64,000 bases of DNA from positions 1 to 64,000 of the IMG/VR virus record IMGVR_UViG_3300029985_000017; one strand, written 5' to 3'. The DNA comes from a virus. Made by a program: the position numbers and the translations under genes. The notes under the pieces are model-generated. The model was not told the origin of the DNA. It saw nothing but the letters and a program-made list of their open reading frames with translations, and did not search any database. Shown here piece after piece: positions 54,344-63,873 of the stretch; position 1 is the first letter of the stretch; every line of letters starts with the position of its first letter.

Positions 54344-56089
54344 TTATTTTTCTTTTTTCTCAATCCAGGAATCTTGACCTTGATCGGTTACCATCTTTTT
54401 TAGAGCTTTTTCAGCTTTTAAAGATTTTCTTAAGCAGATGGTTTGACCAATAACTTGTATCTCAGATTTTGTAAGATTTGGCATAGCTTTTGCCATAAAA
54501 TTTTCAAATTCTTCGCGTTTAGACCATTGTGAGTACTCTTGCTCGGCGCGTTGAAGAAGTTCTGATTTGTCTAGTTTAGGTTTTGGAGCAGATTTAATAC
54601 TCTGCAATCTTTCCTTATGGGCGTCTTTAGCACCTTCCATTGCAATAGTATGGCCAAGTTTATCCCCTTGTTGCTTATACCCAGACGCTCTTTTAATACG
54701 ATTTCCTGCGATTGGATTTAAAGGATCTTCACCCTTACCTAGATCAGGTTTTGGAGCATCTTTAAGTCTTTTAAGATTTTTTTCTGCGATTTGTTTTGCT
54801 CTAACTTTAGACGTTTCTTTTGAACTATCACTAGATTTAGGATTACTTTGATTACGAACATGAGCACCCATATTAGATTGGCCAATTCCACTTTTAATTC
54901 CAGGATTCCAAGCCTTTAATTCTTTTCCAGGAACACCACTAAAGACCGGTTCATTAAGCCTATCAGCTTTTTTCATCTTCTTGTCTAATTCTTCTTTACC
55001 TAAAGCAGCGCCACCCGTAAGTGTTCCAGGGCCAGCCATTCCTGACCCAGCAGACATAGCCTTTGCAAGCTGCGGTCCACCAGGAGCTTTTTTAGGAGCC
55101 ATAGAGACTTTAGGGGCTATAGGACCAAATTTAGGCGGCCCAATAGTGAGGGCAGGAGCCTTCCCTTTTGCAGCTGCCGAAGAGGGATATTTGCTACCAG
55201 GAACTTCAGCTTTGCCCATACCAGCCATCTGTGGAGACGACCTATCGTGCATTTTATGAGACGATATTTGCCCATTACTTACTGCACCCATATAAGCCTT
55301 AGCATGGCTTCCAGCGTCTTGCGGATTTGAGAAAACACCTTTATTACCTTTTAGACCAGCGGGGGCACCATTATGCTTTACATGAAAGGAATCGTCTTCT
55401 TTAGTAACACTAACGGTACCGTGCTCAGGATGGGTAAAGTGCATAGCATTACCCTTTTGTTTACCAGCAGACCATGGAAGGGATTTTTTCATAGGTTCAG
55501 CCTTTTTCAACTCTTCGGATTTTCCGAATAGTTCGATTGTATGAGAAGGTTCAGATTTGAAGATAGAGTCTTCAGCGGATTCTTTGGATTCTGGTCCAGG
55601 AATTAATTCGGCGACACATGTTTTATTGGCCGGGCAATTTGTTATGGTTATTTTTCGTGCAATAGATTTATCAACAATCATACCATTTTTTGAAATTTTA
55701 CTTCCCTCGACGCTGAATCCAACCATAGGATGTTCATTTGGGTGTTCGGCATCGTCCAAAAACAAAGCAGCGCATTCTTTACTAGAATCTTTTTTGTCAT
55801 CAAATAGGCGCCCCATCACATATAAAAATGGAGTTTTACACTTATTCCAATAATATTTATGTCGATCGTTCTCACAATCTTTATCTGAGAATATTTTTTT
55901 ATATTCTAAGATCTTTCCAACTAGTTGATTTGGTTGATCATTTTTATGTTCCCATGTGAATGGGCCGCCTATCAATGAACTACAATCAAGACCGGAGATA
56001 TCGATAATCTCCGAGGAAGTATCTATTGCGGAACTGGAGCCGATTCCATCGATCCAAGAACAAGGTGTTTTTTCTTTTTCTTCAGCCAT
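54344..56089 (-). CDS. prohead protease with long processed C-terminal region
   Basis: IDGI.S...D...E, WEH, GFSVEG, T..P.N; start moved to ATG 56089. Confidence 0.85.
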   Translation of the reverse strand: MAEEKEKTPCSWIDGIGSSSAIDTSSEIIDISGLDCSSLIGGPFTWEHKNDQPNQLVGKILEYKKIFSDKDCENDRHKYYWNKCKTPFLYVMGRLFDDKKDSSKECAALFLDDAEHPNEHPMVGFSVEGSKISKNGMIVDKSIARKITITNCPANKTCVAELIPGPESKESAEDSIFKSEPSHTIELFGKSEELKKAEPMKKSLPWSAGKQKGNAMHFTHPEHGTVSVTKEDDSFHVKHNGAPAGLKGNKGVFSNPQDAGSHAKAYMGAVSNGQISSHKMHDRSSPQMAGMGKAEVPGSKYPSSAAAKGKAPALTIGPPKFGPIAPKVSMAPKKAPGGPQLAKAMSAGSGMAGPGTLTGGAALGKEELDKKMKKADRLNEPVFSGVPGKELKAWNPGIKSGIGQSNMGAHVRNQSNPKSSDSSKETSKVRAKQIAEKNLKRLKDAPKPDLGKGEDPLNPIAGNRIKRASGYKQQGDKLGHTIAMEGAKDAHKERLQSIKSAPKPKLDKSELLQRAEQEYSQWSKREEFENFMAKAMPNLTKSEIQVIGQTICLRKSLKAEKALKKMVTDQGQDSWIEKKEK

Positions 56090-56093
56090 AACA

Positions 56094-56101
56094 TAAAGAT
56101 T
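56094..56101 (-). promoter_or_regulatory. late promoter motif AATCTTTA
   Basis: Recurrent motif. Confidence 0.7.
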
Positions 56102-56120
56102 ATTCTTAGTTTGTTTTAGA

Positions 56121-57239
56121 TTATAAGATACCGATTTCTTTAAGTTTTTTCTTATCCCAAAGTTCTGAATTAGGATGCTCAGATTTAAACCAATCCCATT
56201 TTTCTTGGGCATCTTTTCGCATGTAACCTTTGATTTCTACCCAAATATCTTGATCGGCCAAATAAAGGTCAGGACGATAAGTAGTTAATCTGCCTTTTTC
56301 TGTAGTACAAATGCTGAATGGAACTTCAAAAACCTTAGGCTGCCAATCATAACTTATTTTATTGCTATTCAAATAATCTACAGTTTTGGCTTCGTAAGAA
56401 CCGATACAAACTATTTCCTTATTGGTTTTCCAATGGCATTTAATTTGACAACCATTAGTTGCTTTAGCGTTTTTTAATGCTATCACAGGATCATGCATGA
56501 TGCTAGCTACTCCGTATTTTTTTAAATTCGTATTGGCCTGTTTTTGTCTGACATCTTCGTTTTGTGAAGGATACTCTGTACCAAAGTTCTTAAGAGTAGT
56601 CTCTCTTTTTTTAGCTTTGATTTCTTCGTTACTTGAAATATTTTTAGTCCCATACTTTTTCAAAACTGTCGCATTAGCTTTATTTCTTAAAGCTTTGTTT
56701 TGCATGGGATGTTCTGTTCCATATCTTTCTAAATTTGTTTCTTTAATTTGTTTTTTGACCCTATCGGGATGATTTCTTCCATCCAAAACAGAGCCCACCC
56801 AAGTTTCCCATTCTCCATATTCCTTATCTATAAATTTTGCTTTTTTGCTAGCGCATACATAGGTATTTTCTACAATTTTAATAACATCACCATATAAGTT
56901 ACTAATACGCTTAACAATTTCATTTATAGGAATTTTTCTGTTTGGCACTATTTTTCTGGGTAAAATATCGTATAGTATCCCAAACCTAACAGCGGCTTTA
57001 TAAGCACCACTACTACTTTTTTGAAAATGACTTATTGTTTTGTATTTACGCATTTCTTCCAGAACAGTTTCCTTAGTCCATGGGAAATGAAGGTACCTCA
57101 TGTGGGTACAAATTTCACCCAACCAGCCATTGGCATGAGATATTTGATAAGCACTGCTACTACTTTTTTGAAAAGCCACACGCGTATTGTATTTAAGAGC
57201 TTCTTCTTTACATTTATCAAATGTCCAAATCTGTTTCAT
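56121..57239 (-). CDS. freestanding PD-(D/E)xK homing-type endonuclease
   Basis: WT...A.KY....FQK repeats; four T.L..YG repeats; YRPDLYL...VEIKG. Confidence 0.82.
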   Translation of the reverse strand: MKQIWTFDKCKEEALKYNTRVAFQKSSSSAYQISHANGWLGEICTHMRYLHFPWTKETVLEEMRKYKTISHFQKSSSGAYKAAVRFGILYDILPRKIVPNRKIPINEIVKRISNLYGDVIKIVENTYVCASKKAKFIDKEYGEWETWVGSVLDGRNHPDRVKKQIKETNLERYGTEHPMQNKALRNKANATVLKKYGTKNISSNEEIKAKKRETTLKNFGTEYPSQNEDVRQKQANTNLKKYGVASIMHDPVIALKNAKATNGCQIKCHWKTNKEIVCIGSYEAKTVDYLNSNKISYDWQPKVFEVPFSICTTEKGRLTTYRPDLYLADQDIWVEIKGYMRKDAQEKWDWFKSEHPNSELWDKKKLKEIGIL

Positions 57240-57303
57240 ACTATAAAAATTACCATACTATATATGTATATGTCAAGATAATTCTATAACTTATTAATAT
57301 TAT

Positions 57304-59070
57304 TCAGAATCTTTCATTGGCTTCATTCACATTAGACATAGGATCATTAGCGTTTTTCATAAATTCATTGTCTGCTCTAGCTTCTGACCTTTCAAATTGA
57401 TCATCCCTAGGAGCTACTACAATGCCTCCCAAAGTACCTAAAACACCAGCAATACTTACGGAATTAGTTAAACTCTCTTCTACTGCTTTTGTAGAGTCGA
57501 ATAGCCCAAGTTCCATGGCATCCCCATAGACTTCATTTTCTACATCGTAAACCAAATCTGGATTACCTATTAGAGTTGTAACCACCTCTTTGATTTCATC
57601 GACATTGTGACCAGAATTATCTAGCAGAATTCTAGGTAGACTCAACAAAGCTTCAGTTAGCACAATTCTTGCTGGATCATCCTCTGAGAGTTTTTCAGCA
57701 AGTTTAATCGCCATATCAATGGCAATCCTAGTTCCACCAGGTAAACAGCCATGCTTAATAGCCGAACGCATAGCCATAGTCGCGTCTTCAATTCTATCAT
57801 GCTTTTCTTTAAGATCTGCACCGGAACCTGCATAAACTGTAAGTTTAGCAATACCACATGTCAATAGAGCAACACGTTCTTGCAACCAGATAGTTTCAGC
57901 TTTAGATTCTGAATTTTTAATCATTTTTTTAAGATCATCAGCACGAACTTCAACATTTAGTGCGTCTGGTTCTCCAACAACAGTAGATCTATACCTATGA
58001 CTTTCAAAATAATCCATACCATGGCCTAGATCATTAATATTAGCACCAGAGAGTTGATCTTTTAATCCGAATACCTTAGCCCCTGTAAAAGCGGCCAAGT
58101 CATATAGGAAAGCTTGTTGTGAATTGGTGAATTGCCTCATAGGAGTTTTAAGAGGCATAATATTGATAGTTGAACTGTTAACAAAATTAAGAACTAGGGT
58201 AGTTAAAACCTGATCTGAAAATCCATGCGCCACAATAATTGTGTTCTTAAAATTTTCATCTCCGCTGGCATATCTTTCGCCAACCTCATTCAAAATAGGA
58301 GTGATTTGAATCAAATCAGTAATCATACCATCAAACAAAATGAACAGTGGTTTTTCAAGATAGGTTCTTTGGTTACCGATATCGTTAATAAAAACATTAC
58401 TGAATTTCCCAAGGTCTTCGTGCCCACTATAGATAGGAAGGCCGTCTACACGATCAATTTTATAACCTTCTTCTCCCGGAAGTTCTTTAATAGTAACGTG
58501 GCTAGAATCACCAAAACCTACAAGTTCAAAACACTCATAAACTTTATTAGCCATTTCTTCATCGCCATTGGCACTAATCTTGCCAACTTTTTTAAGAAGC
58601 TCTTGATTGTCGGCGGTGATTTGAATTGCTCTTTCACGAATATACGGCACTAGGATTTCACTAACTGCTTTTTTAATTTTACGAACAGCTTTTTGAGGAG
58701 AATATTTAGGATTTTCTTTACAATACTCGAAAAGATTTTTAATAAGTTGATGGGCTAGAATTGTGGTTGTAGTCGTTCCATCCCCAGCGCCTTCGCCTAC
58801 GCGCTGAGCGCAATCCCTAGCTGTCTCAATGATAACGTGGTCAATTGAATCAATTGCACCTAGATTGGAGAATACAGAGGTACCATCTTTAGAAACCCTA
58901 TTAGACACTCCAGGAAGATCACTTTCAATCAAAACCGTTTTTCCACCGGGACCGAGAGTGCCTCCAACGATGTCGGCTATCCTACTGGTAATATTAAGAA
59001 CTTTCCTTTTGATAAGTTCACGATCCGAGATAAAGATTTTAGGGGTTGTCTTAGCTTTTCTGTGGGACAT
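57304..59070 (-). CDS. groEL: phage chaperonin, GroEL-like
   Basis: TLGPGG, SKDG, GDGTTT, ISANGD, EK.DRIEDA, G.LPG. Confidence 0.95.
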   Translation of the reverse strand: MSHRKAKTTPKIFISDRELIKRKVLNITSRIADIVGGTLGPGGKTVLIESDLPGVSNRVSKDGTSVFSNLGAIDSIDHVIIETARDCAQRVGEGAGDGTTTTTILAHQLIKNLFEYCKENPKYSPQKAVRKIKKAVSEILVPYIRERAIQITADNQELLKKVGKISANGDEEMANKVYECFELVGFGDSSHVTIKELPGEEGYKIDRVDGLPIYSGHEDLGKFSNVFINDIGNQRTYLEKPLFILFDGMITDLIQITPILNEVGERYASGDENFKNTIIVAHGFSDQVLTTLVLNFVNSSTINIMPLKTPMRQFTNSQQAFLYDLAAFTGAKVFGLKDQLSGANINDLGHGMDYFESHRYRSTVVGEPDALNVEVRADDLKKMIKNSESKAETIWLQERVALLTCGIAKLTVYAGSGADLKEKHDRIEDATMAMRSAIKHGCLPGGTRIAIDMAIKLAEKLSEDDPARIVLTEALLSLPRILLDNSGHNVDEIKEVVTTLIGNPDLVYDVENEVYGDAMELGLFDSTKAVEESLTNSVSIAGVLGTLGGIVVAPRDDQFERSEARADNEFMKNANDPMSNVNEANERF

Positions 59071-59152
59071 TTGAGGATTCTCCTTATCCTTTATATATCA
59101 TAATCAAATAATCCTTGACTTTTAATAATATATTTTATATTATATACAAAAT

Positions 59153-60652
59153 ATGAAACTTACCCTCACTTCCCCCACAAAAGCCTATATCCAGGGAACT
59201 GATGAAGAACTAACTTCTCTTAAGGCACAGCTTTCTTACAAAGATCTTGCTGCTAAGCATGCCCTCAACCGTCTATCTAAAAACTTCTATTTTCGCAATG
59301 CCAGTCCCCTAAAATGGAAATTAGAATGCGATTTACTTTGTGAACAGATCGACCAATGTCTTTTATTTGAGGAAGGTCCACTTAGATATATGCGACCTGG
59401 CAGCATTTCTTATATTGAAGGGTTGACTTTAGAAGTAGATGATCAGATCAAATATGCTACCCCAAAGAAGATCCCATGGGCAAAACCACTTCCATTCTCT
59501 CTCTACAATTACCAACAGGAATCGGTAGATAAGCTTATTGAAGTAAAACACGGCAATGTAGACATTTGTACTGGAGGTGGAAAAACTGCAATAATTCTAA
59601 AGATTTGTAGGGAACTAGGTCTTCCTGCAGTTATTGTTACTCCCAGTTCTAGCATCTTTAATGAAATCCTAAAAAGTGCCGAACTTTATTTGGGTAAAGG
59701 TAAAGTAGGGGCCTATGGAGATGGTAAGAAACGTCTAGGTAAGCTTATTACAGTCGCTATATCTAAATCCTTGGCAATGATTAAGAAAGATAGTCCTGAA
59801 TACGAATTTTTCTCTAAAACCCAAGTCTTTCTTGGAGATGAGTGTCATACCCTACCAGCTGAGACCCTTGAGGCCGTCTGTCATGGTGTTCTTCAGGATG
59901 CCCCATACAGATTCTTTTTTTCTGGGAGCCCCACTAGGGCCGATGGAGCAGAAAAGCTACTACAGAGTATTATAGGCAAAACAGTTGTTAGACTTACTAC
60001 CAAAGAGGCCGTGGAGAAAGGTTTTGTTTCTCCCCATGATTTTAGGATAGTCCAAATAGAATCTAGCAATCCCAATTTCAATTCGCCAGATGTTTTGGAG
60101 CAGAAACGTGAGCATTTCCTACGTAATAAAAATATATGCGCCTTTGTAGCCAAACTATGCAATACCATGGCCTCAAGGGGAGAACAAGTATTGGTTTTAA
60201 CCGAAGAATTGAATCAGCTAGCTATGTTGATCCCTAAACTAATCGTTCCGGTTGCTATAGCCCATAGCGAGAAAAATGCAGCTAGGTTGGCAGAGTTAGG
60301 ACTTGAAAAAGTGGATCCAGCTGAAAGTGTAAAGAAGTTCAACAAAAGAGAGGCCATGGTTTTAGTCGGGACCTCTTGCGTGTCCACTGGCACAAATATT
60401 TACCCTATGACCCATACTGTGAACTGGCAAGGAGGGTCTAGCGAAGTAAAATCTAAGCAAGGAGCCGTAGGACGTAGCGTAAGGCTTCCACAAGCTAACC
60501 CATGGGCAAAGTTATGCGGTCCTAAGGATAGGTGTACTATTTGGGACTTCAATGTAATTGGTCAATACGTGCTAGAAAGGCACTTAGAGGAGCGCCTGAA
60601 AGTTTATCTTGATTCTGGAGAAAATTTGATTAAATTCTTAAAATTTACTTGA
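59153..60652 (+). CDS. superfamily 2 helicase (UvsW/Res-like)
   Basis: YQ.E, TGGGKT, DECH, SGSP, TGTN, Q...GR.VR. Confidence 0.92.
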   Translation: MKLTLTSPTKAYIQGTDEELTSLKAQLSYKDLAAKHALNRLSKNFYFRNASPLKWKLECDLLCEQIDQCLLFEEGPLRYMRPGSISYIEGLTLEVDDQIKYATPKKIPWAKPLPFSLYNYQQESVDKLIEVKHGNVDICTGGGKTAIILKICRELGLPAVIVTPSSSIFNEILKSAELYLGKGKVGAYGDGKKRLGKLITVAISKSLAMIKKDSPEYEFFSKTQVFLGDECHTLPAETLEAVCHGVLQDAPYRFFFSGSPTRADGAEKLLQSIIGKTVVRLTTKEAVEKGFVSPHDFRIVQIESSNPNFNSPDVLEQKREHFLRNKNICAFVAKLCNTMASRGEQVLVLTEELNQLAMLIPKLIVPVAIAHSEKNAARLAELGLEKVDPAESVKKFNKREAMVLVGTSCVSTGTNIYPMTHTVNWQGGSSEVKSKQGAVGRSVRLPQANPWAKLCGPKDRCTIWDFNVIGQYVLERHLEERLKVYLDSGENLIKFLKFT

Positions 60653-60679
60653 CATATAACCTTATGATATAATAGGTGC

Positions 60680-61735
60680 ATGAGTAAAGCACCTAAGAAA
60701 CAATACGAATCCTATGGAAATGAGCTATATTGGCTTGCTGACAATATTGCACTTATCCTAGCAGAAAATAAATTAGACAATACTTCCCAAAAAGAGCAAG
60801 TAAACGAACTTTTTTTGGCTGAAAAACTGTTTAAAAAAGAAATCCTAAGATACAAGTGGTCTAGTCAAGTATATAAGAAATTTATCCAAAAAATCAGATA
60901 TGTAGACCGTAATATTCTTTACTCAAAGATCTATTTTCGTGAATCAGCCGAAATCTTCTCTAGTGACATAACTCCTTGTTTAAAAACAGAAAATATAGAA
61001 GGCCTAAAGAAATTCAATATCAATTTTAACTTGATTCAGTTCATAAAAGAAAATTGGAGAGGTCCCCTAGGCAAAGATGCTGACTCCCTTTATCAAAGGG
61101 TAGAAAGAGCTAGACGAGTTCTGATGGAAAACAACCTTCCTTTGGCTATTAATGCTGCCAAGCTTTTCTATAGGAAAGTACCTAAAAATGGATCGGCTAC
61201 CCTAATGGATATGATTGCCGTTAGTGCCCAAGGATTGGCCAGTGCCGTAGATAAATATACGGGCGATAAGAACGGTAATTATAGCGAAGTATTTCGTAGC
61301 GTTATCCTAGGAAGAGCTACTGGTAACTTAATTAAATTGTACTCTGAAACTCCCTTGCATTTTTATCCTAGTGACCGTAGAGTTATGTATAAAGCCAACT
61401 CTATTCGTGGGCGCCAAGGAATTACCGATGTAACTGAGCTGGCTGCAGCTGTAAATGAAGCCTTTTCACAAGACAGTAAAAACGGTTTGAACGTACCCAA
61501 GAATCAAGTTACTCCTGCTGAATTACAAGAGCTTTTAAATGCCGCTAGTCTGGTTTCTGTAGAGCTAACAATGGATGAAGAATGCTATACCGCATATGAT
61601 TATACCCCGGACGATAAAGATACCCCGGAAGAAAGTATGATTCGGACAGAAATTAGTGAAAAGATTGGCGAATTGATTAGAGAATTGCCTCCTCTTTATA
61701 GGAAGATCATAAAATTAAAAGGCATTAACTTTTAA
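60680..61735 (+). CDS. sigma70-family sigma factor lacking region 4.2
   Basis: NNLPLAINAAK, D.I.....GL..AVDKY, VSVE; ends after LPPLYRKII.L. Confidence 0.8.
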   Translation: MSKAPKKQYESYGNELYWLADNIALILAENKLDNTSQKEQVNELFLAEKLFKKEILRYKWSSQVYKKFIQKIRYVDRNILYSKIYFRESAEIFSSDITPCLKTENIEGLKKFNINFNLIQFIKENWRGPLGKDADSLYQRVERARRVLMENNLPLAINAAKLFYRKVPKNGSATLMDMIAVSAQGLASAVDKYTGDKNGNYSEVFRSVILGRATGNLIKLYSETPLHFYPSDRRVMYKANSIRGRQGITDVTELAAAVNEAFSQDSKNGLNVPKNQVTPAELQELLNAASLVSVELTMDEECYTAYDYTPDDKDTPEESMIRTEISEKIGELIRELPPLYRKIIKLKGINF

Positions 61736-61784
61736 ACTTGACTTTTTTGTATAACTATAATACATTACTTAATGGAGAATAGAT

Positions 61785-62105
61785 ATGGATAGAGCCGCTT
61801 CTTTTAATGGTAAATTGATTTTGGAAGCCTATACTCAGACAGAGATTAAGGCTGAAATTCGTTCTGGATGGGCCACTACGAGTCAAAAAAATAATCTAAA
61901 AGGTTTAAAACTTTTAGTTGATTCCAAAGATTTAAATGGAAAAATCATTCCCGCTGGATCTACTGCTTTTATCAAGGAAGAACTTTTACATACTCAGCCC
62001 TGGGCGAAAGCTAAATTTAAATGTGATACTTTGACGGGCGAATTTATTGTATGTACTTTGAACGAAATAGAATTTATTAGCCCTCCCTCAGGAGAAGCTG
62101 CATGA
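61785..62105 (+). CDS. GroES-like co-chaperonin candidate
   Basis: Size and pattern NGKLILE, mobile-loop-like SGW, I.AG...FI, FIV....I..I. Confidence 0.5.
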   Translation: MDRAASFNGKLILEAYTQTEIKAEIRSGWATTSQKNNLKGLKLLVDSKDLNGKIIPAGSTAFIKEELLHTQPWAKAKFKCDTLTGEFIVCTLNEIEFISPPSGEAA

Positions 62106-62371
62106 GTACTAAAGGAACCATCGCTCATGGCGAAGATTACCATCTATATCAAGAATGCTTTGAAAGCGGATCTTTGTATTTAGAATTAAGAATGGACGAT
62201 ATATACTTTGAAGCTTACCCAAATAGTGTTACAGTTAGGATACCAAACGAAATTCTAAAGGCTATTTTGGACAATTCGGATAAAATTAAACAATCATTTG
62301 AATATGATTCAGAATTTGTAGAAACTACAGAGCCTTGGGTTAAAAGCGGCGGTAATGATGAGAATCGGTAG
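62102..62371 (+). CDS. hypothetical protein
   Basis: MSTK.TI.HG...HLY.E motif; AGGAG RBS. Confidence 0.7.
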   Translation: MSTKGTIAHGEDYHLYQECFESGSLYLELRMDDIYFEAYPNSVTVRIPNEILKAILDNSDKIKQSFEYDSEFVETTEPWVKSGGNDENR

Positions 62372-62552
62372 ACTTGAATTTGGCATTATTCAAGGAGGCT
62401 CAGATTGGAGCATAGATAAAGGTGCTTGTGGATGCCTAATTCTATCACTAGGGCGCTTATATTTTACATGGCTAAGCAAGGACTGCATATGTGGTGCTTG
62501 TAAACAATATAAGTGCATTTGTTTAGATGATGAAGAATCGGATTGCCTATGA
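62355..62552 (+). CDS. small Cys-rich protein
   Basis: Coupled overlaps on both sides. Confidence 0.6.
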   Translation: MMRIGRLEFGIIQGGSDWSIDKGACGCLILSLGRLYFTWLSKDCICGACKQYKCICLDDEESDCL

Positions 62553-63520
62553 AGACACTATTTTTAGGTGATCCGCACGTAACCGTGACCAATCTCAAAG
62601 AATCTGAAAGATTGATGGAATTTGTTATACAGCAAAGATTTCAAGCTGGAAATCTTATTATTTTGGGCGATTTATTTCATAATCATGCCAATGTCCGTGT
62701 AGAAGTTCTTGAGTTTTGGAGTCGTTGGTTTGTTAGATTAAGCGATGTATTTAATAACGTATTTGTACTAGTAGGCAACCATGATATGGTTGGAGATTTT
62801 AACTCAAAATCTCATTCCTTAAGTGTATTCACTGATCTATACGATAATTTTTATATTATTGACTCTCCAACAACCTTAAATGGCTTCGGTTATATGCCCT
62901 ATATACATGATAAAACCGATTTTGTTAGACAAGCCAATGAGCTATGCTCGAAAGGCGCTAAAGTTATCGTTTGTCACGGTGAGTTTGCAGGCGTTAAATA
63001 TGAAAGTGGATTACAGGTTTTAAATGGTACTCAGGCCAGTGGTATTAATGCATCATTGATTATTTCTGGGCACTATCACTCCAGGCAACGTTTTGACAAC
63101 GTTATTTATCCTGGTACTGCCCGTTGGCTTACTGCTGCTGATAAAAATGAGCCCAAGGGTCTTTGGCTTGCCGATTTCGACAATTCATGTAATCTTGTTT
63201 CAGAAGAATTTCTAGACACTTCTAAAGTCTGCACACCTATTTATGCCTATGAATTTAAAGAAGGAGACAACTGTCCGGAGATTCCGGAAGGTTCAAGAGC
63301 TTCAGTTGAACTTATTGGCCCCTCAGAATGGGTTTTAAAGCAAAAAGCTAAGTTTAAAGGAATTGCGTCTATTTCGGCCAAGATTACAGACCGTCAGAAG
63401 GCTTCGAATCGTAAATCTGGTAATAGCCTAGAACATTTTGTTAACAATGTGTTTGAAACCAATAAAAGCATTAAAAAAGAGCGCATGGTTGAATTTATGA
63501 AAGAATTGGGGGTTTTGTAA
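62549..63520 (+). CDS. Mre11/SbcD-like (T4 gp47-like) nuclease
   Basis: GDPH, LGDLF, GNHD, CH, SGHYH, Y.G. Confidence 0.9.
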   Translation: MKTLFLGDPHVTVTNLKESERLMEFVIQQRFQAGNLIILGDLFHNHANVRVEVLEFWSRWFVRLSDVFNNVFVLVGNHDMVGDFNSKSHSLSVFTDLYDNFYIIDSPTTLNGFGYMPYIHDKTDFVRQANELCSKGAKVIVCHGEFAGVKYESGLQVLNGTQASGINASLIISGHYHSRQRFDNVIYPGTARWLTAADKNEPKGLWLADFDNSCNLVSEEFLDTSKVCTPIYAYEFKEGDNCPEIPEGSRASVELIGPSEWVLKQKAKFKGIASISAKITDRQKASNRKSGNSLEHFVNNVFETNKSIKKERMVEFMKELGVL

Positions 63521-63873
63521 TGACCGCACCTACAAACGAAATTTTAAGGGATATGGCACGTTTAACAGCTTTGTCTGGTCGTATTTCTGAAGTTCAGATC
63601 AAGAATCTACAGATGTTTCCGCTAGTTTTCTTCAATTCCGTGGAACAGGTTAAGGTTGAGTACGATCTTATTCCTATTAAAGCCATGGATGATTCCCCCA
63701 CATTTAGCAACTCGTTGGTTTCTTATTACCTTACTTTGAGTGAATCCGATAATACCGATCTAGATAAACGATTCTCAGCCTTAGAAGCGTCCGTTAGGCA
63801 ACTTTTTTGGTCAGATGTGAAGGTTGAGGTATACTTTAACGATCAAATTAAATATAAGAGTAAAAAACAATGA
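63520..63873 (+). CDS. hypothetical protein
   Basis: Translationally coupled ORF. Confidence 0.7.
   Translation: MTAPTNEILRDMARLTALSGRISEVQIKNLQMFPLVFFNSVEQVKVEYDLIPIKAMDDSPTFSNSLVSYYLTLSESDNTDLDKRFSALEASVRQLFWSDVKVEVYFNDQIKYKSKKQ

Noticed and set aside
59031-59038. Extra AATCTTTA copy on the minus strand
   Set aside because: Lies inside the GroEL coding sequence; treated as background and not counted.
45638-60652. Inteins or introns in terminase, portal, GroEL or helicase
   Set aside because: Lengths are ordinary and no splicing motifs or split ORFs were seen; the nucleases are freestanding.
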